Positions 49,923 to 63,000 of a stretch of DNA of 64,000 bases are shown here, piece by piece. This stretch comes from Phyllosticta citribraziliensis (taxonomy: Eukaryota). Made by a program: the position numbers and the translations under genes. The stretch lies in contig NW_027117355.1 of the NCBI RefSeq assembly GCF_038025025.1, forward strand, positions 1 through 64,000, read 5' to 3'. Within the stretch, counting starts at the first letter, position 1. Each line of letters begins with the position of its first letter. Below the pieces are notes generated by a model, which did no database searches, was not told the DNA's origin, and worked only from the letters and a program-made list of their open reading frames with translations.

Positions 49923-50586
49923 ATGCCTCTTCCCAAGCTCGCACCGAGCAAGACCAAAGGCGACTTCTTCCGAAGGTTGGGCCTCAGGGAAGATTGCCCG
50001 GCGCACAAGGAGCTGTACGAGCTGATGAAGGTAAGCCTGCCGCGCGAGGCTCACCGGGCCAAGGCTCAACATGGCTGACCAGGCTGTAGGAAGAGGCTGC
50101 TGAGGGCAGACGGCGTACGAGCCAGGATCCATCCAACTTGGTGCCGCAGTGCCGCGCCGACCCCACGGTGCAGCCGCCTTACTCGTCAAACCAGATAACC
50201 GAGACAGCCATGCACCGAGAAGTTTTGAACGTTTACCAGTCGGCGAGCGAGAGAACGAGACCGCTCTACGACCTGGGCCATTATATGGACGGGCGAAACG
50301 AAGACAACTGGATAATCCGATGGCTTCTCTGGCATGTCTTTCGTTATCGGGATAATCGGAATAGACACCGAGGTAGCGGAGCATCATCCAGCATTGCCGC
50401 CAGCGAGGCTGACGGTGCAGGCGATGCAGGTGCAGCCCAAGACGCTTCAGCAGATGGGAATCATGGCCCTGGCGGAGGCTCAACAGGGACAGGTGAGACG
50501 GTCCCCGGCCAGAAGGTCTTGGTGGATTTGCCACGTACTGACAGACGCTCACGACAGAAATGTACGATCCCGTCCGAGATCTCTAG
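49923..50586 (+). CDS. Small conserved-looking fungal hypothetical protein (3 exons)
   Basis: MPLPKLAPSKTKGDFFRRLGL..LMK|EEAAEGRR..NWIIRWLLWHVFRYRDNRN..|MYDPVRDL; canonical splice signals keep the frame. Confidence 0.75.
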
Positions 50587-53500
50587 AAGCTGGCTTTTAG
50601 AGCGGATCAGGCACACCTGACTGCCAGGTCGCCATGGACCGTTACAGCAGGGCTGACATGTTGGTTGCTGTCCTTCGGATGGGCGGCCAGGAATGAAACA
50701 AGACGTGGGTGGTCGATTTTGATTGTTTTTCGAAGCAACATATCCGGGTCTGGCTTGTCTTTTTTAATTCCTTCTACTTTCTTTTCAAAGCATCCCATGG
50801 GCATTATGGGCAGATATCTTGTTTGGTGCATCTGGCGTTGGCGTCACCGTCGCTTGAGGAGCCGAATGAAATGATGGTTCCCTTCTGCAAAGAAGTCTCT
50901 TGTTCATTCTGCCCGTCAATCCCAGCTCGGGGTGAGGTCAAGACTGGGCCAACATTGGAAACGACTGTCGTCTGGGCGATGGGCCAGAAGGACTGGGCCG
51001 CGGAGGCGTAGCGGAGCTGGACGGGCTGAAAGATTTGAGCGGAGCGGGGGAAGTCAGAAGTGAGAGAGAACAGGTTCCGAGGCGCGCCGGCATTGAAGCC
51101 AGGCCAACCTGGACCTGGACCTGGCGCCGATCGAGGGTGACTAAACCTCCCAACCGGACGGCTCCTTGCCGCCGTCAGGGTAAGTGCGAGAGCTTAATCC
51201 AACCTCGCCGAGAGCTTGTCTCTTCCCAACCCACACGCTGTCTTCATGTTGCGACCAGAAGACACGGCGCCCTGGGAGCGTTCGCGACGACAGTGCATCG
51301 GCCGAGGGCACCAACCCGACTCCATGTGACGACCTCGTCGGGCGACAGGAGCATGCGGCCAGGAAACGACCAAGGGGCCCAATCCCAAAACAACAGCCCA
51401 TCAGACCGGGACCTGTAAACACGCATCAGACCACCGACCGCGAACTCGAGCACGAGCAAAGAAAAAGACAACAAGCAAAACTCACCGTCACGTCAGAACC
51501 GCCCCATCCATGCGTCCACCTGCTGTTGGCCATGGAAGGTGACTGAAGGCGAGCGACCTGGAACCGTCAACTTCTCAAGGCCGCCATGCACCACGTCGAT
51601 CCCTGGCCCTGTTTAAAGGCACAGCGCCTGTGTCTTGTGGCGCTGCCATATCTGTTGATCAGTGCTCCACTTCACTCACAAACAACACAGCGTCGCGTCA
51701 GCAATTGCAGATTGTGGAACTCTTGACACTGTTGTCCCTCGCTCCAGCCTCTGCTCCGTGGCTCCATTCTCTCGTACCCCAGGCCCAACAGTCTCACCAG
51801 CCCTCACTCCGCCGTGGGCCAACCATCATCAACAACCCAACGTCGCACCGACCCGATGCAAGCAAAGCAGGGATGCCACGCGCAGGAGGGCGTTGGGCAG
51901 TTCTTCTGTCCAGCCAGACACTGCCAGCCAGAAACCATCTCGTTGACTTTGAGCAAAACCTGAACAAGCCTTGCGTGTCATCCGCCCACCCGTTGCACGA
52001 CTTCAGCCCTTTTCCAGCTTCCTTCGAGCGAACAGAACCCAAGCACTGCATCAGAGCGGCCCGAGTTCTCTCTCCGATCGATTGGCATGAATATTGACTT
52101 CTCACTTTAGGTTTAGAGGGCCCACATGGATTCTCGATCAAACAAGATCTTTGCTCGTCAGATCATGCACCCACCTCAAACCTGAGGCCGCCGAGACGCA
52201 TCCGACGCCCACCCTAGCCGAAACGTATCCGACACCCCTCCACCACTTCAAGTCCATCTCTTCATTCTTCGCCGCAGAGGCGAACTCCATACCGGTAGCG
52301 CGCGCTTCGATGGAGACACACCGGGCGACTTGGATGCCCACATCCCGTCTCTAGACCATGCTGTGTCATGTTGGGCGGGTTCCACAAAAGAGATGGTCAT
52401 TCATCCAGGGGTTGAAAAGAGACCGGCCGGGCAGCCAGGGCCGAGGACGCATCTTTGTCGGCCGGTTACCTACAACCGCCTCTACTACTCTGGATCGTGC
52501 GTCGCGCATACATAACCGTCCCCGCACATATATCTCGGAAACCCCGAGCTGCTCCACTCCCGCAATTCTCACCACCCTTCTCCTTTCGCCTCCGCCCTGC
52601 GGGAACTTGAATTATCGCGCCATAGTGGTTGTCGAAATGAACGAGACCTCTTGGTGTTGCAGGTGGTTGCGCTTTTGGAGCATTCGTTTACTATTGCAGT
52701 TATACCCAGGAAGTCTATTTCTTTCGACACACCCCACGGGCGCGATGCACCTTCCAATGACGATTCCGGCGCAGCTCACATGAAGCGATTCTGAACAAGT
52801 GAAATGCGAACACGCCGACTTCTGACACGTCTGCCGGCAGCAGCAGCACAGCCCAGCCCACAAAAAGACGGTCTTGCCATCTTCATCTGGAAAAGACTTG
52901 AGAGAGAGAGATCGGTTAACACCGGATCTCGGCGCCACAACACAGGGACCCGACCCACCCCACTCGCCCACCCAAGCCCACGGCACACGTACGGATCGCG
53001 CCCGCTCATCTCGCAAATCTGGGAAAGACTTGGGCGGTCGAAAGAATACCCGACCGACGACCGCGCCGCACCGCAGGCGGCCGAGCCAATGCGTCAACTT
53101 GCCGTGCGCGCCGCAAAGAGCCTCTTTTGACATTGAGGCGCTCTTGGTTGACGACAATGATGGTCACCCTGAGAGAGCTTCCACGCCGCCTGCCAGATCG
53201 CGGTCGTGCGATGTGCCCAAAGCGTGCGCAGCTGACGAAAAAGTGCGGAGGTTCGTCCAGCTCCGCAGATCGAGCGCGCCGTGCGGCGACGGAGAGACCC
53301 ATGTAGAAGGCGTCGCGGCCGATCAAATACACCATCTGCAAGAGGTTTTGTCAGCAGGCGTAGACAGTTGTGTTGTCGAATAAGGGTCACATTTCCCTAT
53401 TCCTTTCGTGCCGAGGTAGACATGTTGTTCTCGCCTTGAACATGACAGGCAGATGTTGTGAGTCTTGTGCGGTGCCTCAAGGAGTAGGAGTGTTCTCTTT

Positions 53501-55009
53501 CTCTCACCAACCCCCACCACTCTCGCAAAAGATGGCCACATCCGTGACGCATCAATGAAGGGTCTAGAAGCTGGACGAGCAATTTCCTTGTGAGGAAAAT
53601 CCAGACGGAGCCGGAGTAAATAAACCTGATCGCCCATTTCTTCCCCAAGCCGCAACCTCTCTTTCTCGTTCTTCTCCGTCTTCCTCTTCTTCATGGCCAT
53701 CGACGTCCACCCCACAACTACCCCTCTCCACCAGACCGCAGTCTCATGCCTCACAAACCACACCCGATTCAGCGTTCGTCCCCAACGTCGAATCCAATGC
53801 CCATCAACATCACAGACGACAGCATCCCTCGCCTCGACAAGAAAAGGTGCACCAAAGCGCAGACAGACAGCGTATGCTCAGATTGATCAGTGCCAGTTGG
53901 ATATGCAGGCGTGCCCGGCCGTCCTTCATGGCGTCGTCGTGCCCTGCGCGCGCCCACCTCGTCCCGTCCAGTCCAGTCTAGCAGCCGGCCATACTCTGAG
54001 GCTCTCCAGCTCATTCGTAGCTGCTCGCGTGCGGGCGGTGCGAGAGGAGCGGTCAGGTAGGCTACGTACGACCCATGGCACCACCGGGTCGTTTAATAAC
54101 TTGAAGATCCATCTCGACGAGTCATTGCGCGCGAACGGTAGGTCAAGGTTGCTATTGAGGTATTGGCCGACCGAGGCGTGAAGGGAGGGAGGGTGAGTAG
54201 CAGTAATACGTATACCATGGCGGGCCGCGGGCGGAATATCTCCATTAACACACCAAGCTACATGTGCGCTGAGCTGAGCTGAGCCGGACGCAGCAGAGGG
54301 CGATGGGTCGCAGTTTAGATGTGTGGATATGATAAAGCAAGTCTTGAAAGAGGCCGTGTTTGGGCGGTAGGGGACAGATAGATGCGGAGCCCAGGAAATG
54401 AATGACGTACGTATGAACGCTCCCAGCACTCACACGACCACATACCTACAATCAGGCTTGCTGCTTCAACTGCAATACAGCAAGCCCCATTTCCATGCCA
54501 TCTGCTGCACTTCCCTACATGTACTCCTTCACGCCTCACGCACACCCTCATCCCACGAGGACGGGCAGGATACCTACGACACGCCATCAAAGGAAAAAGA
54601 CGAGAAAGGGTGCCGACTCTAGTATTCATCTCACCTCACCTATCCTACACAAAAGCCCGCTCGCTCATCTAAAGCATCTGCGGCCCTCAGTGGCAGAGAG
54701 CCGATCTGATCTGGGGCGCCGGTCGGTCGGTCGGTCGTCATTCAGGTTTCAAGTACCTGGCCAAGAGAAGGAAAGGGGATATAAACGCCTACGCTATGCA
54801 AAAGCCCAATGGACAAATTAGGTGATGGAAAGGGGTGAGAGAGGAAAGGACGGGCGCTGATGGCCAGCAGTGGACTCGATGCCAGTCTGTCTTGAGCGGC
54901 GGGGCCCAGATATTGGCAGTCGTGAAAAGGTGTCCAACAGGGAGGCAATCAGCAAGCAAATGCAGGCCAAACTTTGAAATCCACGGTCGTTAAAGTCCCC
55001 TTCAGCATA

Positions 55010-57046
55010 CTACCCAGCAGCAATAGGCGTGCCCGCACCCTGTGCCTGCGCCACCTGCAAAGCCGCCACCTGCTGCTTCAGCGTCTCGCGATAGACGGTC
55101 GTGGCACGCACAACAGCCTCGACGGTAGGACCGACGACCTTCTGCACGGCCTCGGCGCCGCCGCCAAACGCGCGCTCGTCGAAGCGGCGGCGCTTGCCCG
55201 TGCGTGCCGTGTACGCCTCGTTGGCCTTGCGAGCCTCGTCGATGCGCTTGCGGCGCTCGGCTTCGGCGTCCGTGGCCACGGCCTGGATGCGCTCGAGCGA
55301 CTTGTCCAGCGTCTCGACGAGGGTCGACAATTCGTCTGCGCGGGCCGCGTCGCCGCTGTGGAAGACGGTCCAGAAGTAGTGCAGGAATTCAATGGTGGTG
55401 CTGTGGACGAGAGAGAGCGAATCTGTCGTCTTGTCCGAGAGGCCAATCGCTTGCGCCGGGACGGTAGCAAAGGTGCCCAGGGGCGTCGCAAAATCGGCCG
55501 TTTGTGCCCGGCGCTGCTTGATGGCGCCGAGGATCTGTGCAGTTGCAGCGTTGCGGGCGGATTTGGCACCGACGCGTTGATGGGCCGGCTTTTTGGCGTC
55601 TTGGTCGCTGTCCGAGTTGTCGTCGACGTTGATGATGGATTGCAATTTGACTCCCGAACCGCCAGTGTGCATACTGCTGGAGTCGAGCTCGCGCCGGAGC
55701 TTCTTCAGCACGTCTGATGGGTTGTGCTTGGAGTATATTTGCGCCTCCTTGGAGGCTTGGTCGTCGCGGGCGAAGAACTGCCGTTGGTCCCTAATATTCA
55801 GCATGATGCGGTTGTCCTTGGCCCTGTTCGACAAGTCTCGCAGACGAAGCTGTTCGTAGGTAGCTTCGTCCATGCCTGCAGGCGCGTGCGGATCTACATC
55901 GACTGGCATGACGTCGGCCATCATGTGTCCAGAGACACGGTTCAGGCTGCGAAGAATGGGGACTTTGTCGTGCGTGCTCGGACGCATGGTCATGTCGGGA
56001 GCGTTGCCTTGTCTCTGGCTGTGGTTTTGCTCGTTGCCCTCAATGTCGAGAAAGTGCGGAAACTGCTCCACGCTCAGGCCCTTGGCGCGCTCATTCTCTT
56101 CCGTGTCGTTCAGATATCTGTCAAACTTGGGGTTCGTGGGATCCATGTCGGTAATCTTTTCTCCCTTCAGTCTCTTGTAGAGCCTGCTTGCGAAAAAAGC
56201 GGCAAAGAATTCGACCTCCCCCATCGGCGGCACCAAGTCATTGTACGCCTTTCGCACCAGAGGATGCTGATTGAAGATGGTGGCGATTTGTCCACGGGTC
56301 AAGGTCGTCTGGGGCGTGCCGTCGTCTCTATATTTGAGCTTGATGGAAGACAGCGCATTGACAGGCCCGTGGGTCTGGTTGACCTGCACCGCATGCGCGC
56401 GCAGCAAGTGGACCCGGGTCGACCAAAACTGAGAAGAAAACTGCGACACGGTGATGGAGTCGGGCTTCCCCTTGAGCGCCTCTTCAAACCTCCTCCGCGT
56501 GTTCATGTCCTTGCTGAGCAGCGACCTCTGCAGCTCGACGTCGGCCAGCAGCCTCGCGTCATCGTACATGTTGTCCTCGGGTTTTTCTGTGGTCGGCGCA
56601 GCAGACACGGCTTTGGCAAAGGTCATGGCGGCCGACTGGGCCGGACCGTCGGCAGTTGGTTGAGGGGTCGGGGCATTTTGGATAGCGGTGGCGCGGGCCT
56701 TGTGAGCCTCGATGGCGGAGCGCAAGGTGTTTGTGATGGACGCCTGGTCGTCGCGCGCGGATGGCGAGGTGAAGACGAAGACGTACGAGTCGGGAGAGGT
56801 GACGATCTTGATGGAGACGCGGGCGCTGGTCGCCGGGGTCTGCTGCAGATCTAGAGAGCGGCGCCATCAGCTCTGGCCATGCAACAGGGTACCGGGGCGT
56901 CAAGTACTGGAAATGTCGGCGACGGCGACGGTGACGGTGGGCGGGGCGTTTGGCGGAGCGGACGGGGCCCACAGAACGGTTCGATTGTCCTTGGAGATGG
57001 ACAGGACGCCGTCCTGCTTCTTGTAGGAAGCGGGTACACGCGACAT
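55010..57046 (-). CDS. TFB1: TFIIH subunit p62 (RNA polymerase II transcription factor B subunit 1)
   Basis: PH-like N-terminus SYKKQDGVL..LQQTP..YVFTS; BSD-like segments FWSTRVHLLRAH and IFNQHPLVRKAYNDLVPPMGEVEFF; DIEGNEQNH; EFLHYFW. Confidence 0.92.
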
Positions 57047-57223
57047 GGCCGGAGGTGAGGGATGGTGGATGAAGATGGACGGCGGTGGACGAGACGGCGA
57101 CGACGTAATTGAGCGGCGCTGAGAGGCCCGTTTGCCGACGCCGTCGACGCCCTTGGCACGCCCATGGATGCTCCCCAAGCTCCCCAGTCCACGGACACCT
57201 CTCACTAGCTCCAAATCCGAACC

Positions 57224-58183
57224 ATGTCGCAACGTCTCGCCCTCTCCTTGTCCACCCAACTCTCGCGTTCCCTTCAGAAGCCGGTTCTCCAGCTGGCTGG
57301 CGCGAGGTCCGCTCCAATTGGCTCCCTCGGCCTCCGATCTGGCAGCTGATGCTTTCTGTAGAGCTGCTCCCAGTCTTTCTCCCCCGCGCCTCACCGTCTG
57401 CGTCCGACAGCAACCATGCCGGCCCCTCTCCACGACACCCGCACGCTACAAGAAGAAGTCGAGGGCGCCCGTGGATGAGGGCGCCGCGCAGGACATTGGC
57501 CACGAGCAAGGCGATGCCCGACTCGCCTGCACCGAGGAGGCCTTTGACCTGTCGGTCCTCGAGGCCGACTGCCTCAAAGCCCTCGAGCGGCTGACGCACG
57601 AACTGGGCGAGCTGCGCGGCGGCGGGCGCCTGGCGCCGCACCACCTGGAGAAGCTGGGCGTGCAAATCAAGAACGAAAAGACCGGCAAGAAGGAGTGGTA
57701 CAAGCTGCACGAGCTGGCGCAAATCATCCCCAAGGGCAAATTCATGCAAGTCGTCGCGGGCGACGAAGAGGCAAGACGACGACCGCACCTTTTTTTCGTG
57801 CCATCGCAGCTGACGTGACGGTGCTGCAGCACGTCAAAACGCTCATGAGCACCATCCGCGCGTCGCCGTACTCGCTAGCCCCGCAGCCGCCGACGCCAGA
57901 CGAGCCGACGACCATCACGGTGCCCATCCCGCCCATCACGGGCGAGACGCGCACCAAGGCCATCAAGGCGGCCACGGACGCGGCCAACAAGGCGACGACG
58001 GCCATCAAGCGCGCGCGCACCACGCACCACAAGAAGCTGCGGCGCTTCCAGCTCGAGCGCACCATCCTGCCCGACGACCTGGTCAAGGCGACCAAGCTGA
58101 TGGACGACACGGTCAAGGAGAACCTGGCCGACGTCAAGAAGATCACCGACTCGGCCAAGAAGGTGCTGGATGCGCCGCAATGA
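57224..58183 (+). CDS. RRF1: Mitochondrial ribosome recycling factor
   Basis: Basic presequence-like N-terminus; LRGGGRL, LHELAQIIPKG, VPIPPITGETR, IKRAR, PDDLVKA; two introns. Confidence 0.8.
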
Positions 58184-58433
58184 GCGAAGGCGGGCGTTTG
58201 CTCTTAAAAGTTGGCGCCGGTCACTTGCAGCAGTCCAGGCGCTTTCGACGCTGCTGTGCATTTCAAAGTCTAGGAACAATCAATTCTTCATCATAATAAT
58301 CATTATAGTCTGCGCGACCAAAGAAACAGGGTAGGGGTATCGCATCACCACATTCTTCCCAACCCACCCCACCACGGCCCCCGCAATCCCCTTTCCCGGC
58401 GTATGCCATGTTACAAACCAAACAATCAGACCC

Positions 58434-58864
58434 CTACAGTATCTTCTTCCCCCCACCGACCTTGCTCGACCTCAGGCTCCCCTGTCCATTGCTGCGCTCC
58501 TGCCACTTGACATATCCGAAGACAGCGCCAGCCAACACGGCCAGGACGACGAAGTTGCCTAGTGAAGAAGGTTAGCGGTTAGTGGGCGATGAAAAAAGAA
58601 CAGGGCTAAGAATAAAATAAAGCAAAGAAAAAATATCGGCAAAACCAGAAACAGAGGCCAGGAAAAAAAAAAAACGCAGAGATGGAGCGACTCACTGATG
58701 AAAAACCCAGCCGTGTCAGCCGTCAGCCCGACCAAGCCGCCGACGAAGGCGGCGACGGTGGCGAAAAGTGTTTGCAGGACCGAGTAGACGCTGTTGAAGG
58801 CGTCGGCGATGAGGGAGAGGAGCGAGTGCGCGAGCGATTGGAGGGCGGAGAGTATTGAGGACAT
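58434..58864 (-). CDS. Small hypothetical membrane protein
   Basis: MSSILSALQSLAH..GFF|..NFVVLAVLAGAVFGY..KKIL; amphipathic and hydrophobic segments, one intron. Confidence 0.7.
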
Positions 58865-59669
58865 GGTTTGCTTTGGTTGGCGGTTGAGGTGAAATGGGGG
58901 GAGGGAGAGGGAGGAGGAAGGTTGTTGATGTGTCGCGCTGTCTGTGTTGTAGTAGGAACAATGGTTGGTGCCTGTGTGGTGGATGACGGTAGGTAGGTAG
59001 TCGTTTGCGTCAGTCAGTCGGGTACATAGGGATAGGTTTGCGTTTAGGTCCGGGCGAACAAAGGACTGGAAGGAGGGGGGGAAGGGGACAAAAGCACCCA
59101 TCTGCTTAGCAGCAGCATCACTACCACCAGACCTGACTACATGTACCTACCTACGTCAGCGCATCGTCATCGCATCCAACCAGCCACCAACCGGCACATC
59201 GGTTCTCACCAACCAACCAACCAACTAAGTCCTCCCGCCCAGTCACGAGCTTTGCAACATAAATTTGCGTCTTACAGTAGGTCATGCAGCAACGCGTGAA
59301 TGCTCTCCCAAGGCACCGACCGCATGTTGTAGAGACCATTGCCAAAACCTCAGTTCTCAATTCACGAACGACGAATAGCAAAAAGTTCGTCTATGCAAAT
59401 GTAGGTATTGAAAGAGTCTATACATTAGGACAGCCCATCATCTCGTATACAACCCCCCATTCCCCATCCACTACCTACCCAACAATCTCAATCTTCATCT
59501 CAATCTATACCCAAAAACCACCCTCCATCCACCGCACTGCATCCCCACGGCTGGCTCAAAATGCCCAAAGTCTATGCGCCGCGCGACCCCTCGTCACACC
59601 GGCCAAAAGAAAAGAAGAAAGAAGAGAAAAGAGCAAGTGCTGCAGACTAAAAGACGTACATGTAGGTTG

Positions 59670-59880
59670 AAAAAAAAAAAAAAAAAAAAAAGGACCCAGG
59701 GGAAAGGCAAAAACGCCACGCTAGCTGCTGCTGCTGCTACTGCTGCTGCCCGCTACCACCAACCATCCCAATGCGATCGTCCCGAGCAGAGTCGTCCCGT
59801 CGTGTGCCAATCCAATGACCATGACCAATCAAGCGCGCTTTATGCAAGGATGAGAGGAAGTAAGGGAGAGAGAGAGAGAG
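59670..59880. repeat. Microsatellites downstream of the ABC transporter: A22, (GCT)n, (GA)n
   Basis: A run 59670-59691; GCT repeats ~59724-59749; GA repeats ~59866-59880. Confidence 0.85.
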
Positions 59881-60035
59881 GGAGGAGAGGAGAGAGGATA
59901 AATGCCAGCAGCGGGAAAAGGGCAAACAAGGTACAAAACAAGCGCTCAGAAACAAAGGGAAAAAACCGTCTCATCTCGTCTCTTCATCAACAACAACCAC
60001 CAAAAAACTTTTTTTCTTCTCCTCATCATCATCAC

Positions 60036-63000
60036 TCAGTTCTTGGACCTCTTGCCCTTGGGCACGCGAAGCGCCCAGTACAGGAAGAAGGCGCCGAAGA
60101 TGTTGAAGACGACGAACACCCACATGAGGCCGAAGTTGCGCCACGCGTCCTTCCAGTAGATGTTGACGGCCGCCAGGAACTGGTTGGTGCTGCTCATGGC
60201 GCAGTACGTGCACGAGTCGGTCGCCTGCGGGTCGAGCAAGTAGCCGCCGCCTGACAGCTGGATGTACGGCTCCATGTACGCTCCGCACGTCTGGTTGTTG
60301 GCCGGCGCGAACACGAGGTACTCGTTGTCGGCGCACGTCGCGTCCGTGTTGGCCACGCCCGTCGACAGCATGCCGCTGACGAGGTACGTGAACGGCGAGA
60401 GGCGGTACATGAAGATCCAGAAGCCGGGGAGCGCTTCGGGAGTGGCGAGGACACTGGGAAGAGGTTAGTTGCGTTGCCACGTGCTGCGAATTCAGAAAAC
60501 TTACCCGTTGAAAATCAGCGTCAGGGTGAAGAGCAAGTTGGCAATGTTGCCACCATTCTCGGCCGTCTCGACTCCGGCAATGATCATGTTGGTGAAGGTC
60601 GAAGTGAAGACCAAAAAGACCCAGACAAACAAGAACATGAGGGCGCCACGCTCGTGCACCGCGCCCGTCGGCTCGGCGTTGCGGTAGAGGCCAATGGGGT
60701 AGTACCAGGTGAAGAAGAGGATGATGCCAGCAAGACTGTTCCACGGCAGCTCAACGACAATGTTGGACAGCATAAACGCCTTCCACGAGTAGGCTTTGCT
60801 CGGACGCTCGCGCGCCTCGTACAGCGCGCGCTGCGTTACAAAGTGTGGCATGATTTGCTGCACCAAGTTGCCAAAGATGGTCATGAGCATGAAAATGGAG
60901 AACATTTGGTTCTGCAGTCCCTGCGACGTGTTGCGCGCCTTGAAGAAGGAGAAGCCGACAAACAGACCAGAGAACATGACGAGCGCCAACTTGGCGTAAA
61001 TGTACGATGGAGTGCGCCAGTACTGTTCAAACACACGCTTGGTGACTTCCCAGATTTGAACAGTCATGGGAGCAGCAAACTCGCGGTAGCTCGTCTGTTC
61101 GTCGGTGGCACTGGGCTGGGTGACCTCTGGCAACTGCTCGCGCATTTCCTTGAGTTCATTCTTGACTCCAGTGTACTCCGGGCTGTTGCGCCAAGTGTCG
61201 TGCCAGTCGATGTCGGTGTGGGTTCCTGGAGCAGCACCAATGACTTCGAGCATCCATTCAGCGGGGTTGGCCTCGGCCGGGCAGGGGTGTGCACCGTTGC
61301 GCTCAAAGTAGCTTGTCAGGACGTGGGAGTTTTCGCCAATGTCGCCAAAGTAGACAGTCCTGCCACCCTTGGCCAAGAAGAGCAGGCGGTCGAAACGCTG
61401 GAAGAGCATGGCAGAAGGCTGGTGGATGGTGCAGAGAACCGCCTGGCCGTTCTTGGTCAGCTTCTCCATCAGGTCGCAAATGGCCCACGAGGTTTGAGAG
61501 TCGAGGCCGGAGGTGGGTTCGTCGAGGAAGAGCAGGAGTTGAGGTTTGGCAGCGAGCTCGACACCAATCGTGAGGCGCTTGCGCTGCTCGACGTTGAGAC
61601 CTTCACCGGGAACACCGACAACCGCATCAGCGTACTCTTGCATGTCCAAAAGCTTGATGACTTCGTCGACGTAGGCAATCTTCTCGGCGTGGGGAACGTG
61701 GGCAGGCTGGCGAAGCAGGGCGCTAAAGTTGAGCGCCTCGCGGACCGTGGATGTTGAAAGATGCAAATCTTGCTGTTGGACGTAACCAGTCTTGCGCTGG
61801 AAAGAGGCATCGCGCTGACGACCGTCGACAAAGGCATCTCCAGTAATGACACCCATCGTGACACGAGTCGCGAGAACATCGAGCAAAGTCGTCTTGCCAG
61901 CTCCAGAGACACCCATGAGCGCTGTCAGGGTTCCCGGCTTGACCCAGCCATCGACGTGGTCGAGAATGCGACGGTCCCCGCCCTTGATCTTAATGTCATA
62001 GCACATGTCCTCCCAGTGGAAAATGGCAGTCTGTCGCTGGATGACGGCAGACACGTCGCGCTTGATGCCCGTGCCCTTCTCGACGACCTGCTTCGAGCCA
62101 CCAGCGGATTCCTCGTCGGAACCAACAGTAGGAGGAATTTGGCCGCGGCGGAAGACCAGGACCTCGCCCTTGGACTTTTTGGCCGAAATGAACTCGGTCG
62201 CACCCAGATACGTGCAGAGGAAGAAGATCATGAAAGCGATGAGGATTCCAATGTTGCGCCACTTGTGGGAGTGGTAGTACTGGAACGAGCTGTTGATGTA
62301 CGCGTCACCTTCGACGAAGTTTTGGCCCGGCTGGGAACCGACCGCGCTGCATACGTAGTTCGACGGGCTGACACCCTCGTAGCCAGGTGTCGAGGGAGAG
62401 GGTACAAACGCAGAGCAAGAGAAGTTGCGGTTGTGGAACTCGTTGATCATGAGCGATTCAAAGCCGTACGAGATTGGGTCCAGGTAGTTGATCCAGCGCG
62501 ACCATCCTAGCATGTACCGCGTGGGAATGACGAAGCCAGTGTAGATGACCAGGGCCAAGATCAAGATGGCAGCGGGGGCCATGGCCTGCGATAGGGTGCG
62601 CGAGACCGAGGCAATGGTTCGGAAAAGCATCGACATGACCAGGGTGAGGATGAAGGACGTGAGGACGAAGAAAAAGAAGGGTCCCGGCTCGCGTCGCAGA
62701 TTGGTCATGAAGTACAGGGTAAGGTTGAAGACAAAGGCGTTGAGGATTTTGTACGGCATGTCCGTGAGCATCTACAGTTGTTAGCGCTCGTCATTTGAGG
62801 GGTTAAGAGAACATACGGATGCATAGGCCTCGGCTGACGGATGGTACAGGGCATACCGCGCGTGCTTTTCCACAATCGGGCGTTGGGCATACAGCGTGAG
62901 GATTTCGAGGGCCGAACCGAAGGCGTTGAAGAGAATGGCAAAGAACAACAGCGCGCCGCGAGAGTAAAAGGAGGAGCTGGTGGACGGCAGGTTGTAAAAG

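Noticed and set aside
53693..54181. ORF MAIDVHPTT.. after a pyrimidine-rich leader
   Set aside because: No recognisable domain or convincing splice structure; cannot be supported without expression data
60474..61757. Long antisense ORFs (also 55724-56854, 33163-34197, 45701-46753, 14861-15718)
   Set aside because: Each overlaps a supported gene on the opposite strand and has no recognisable motifs
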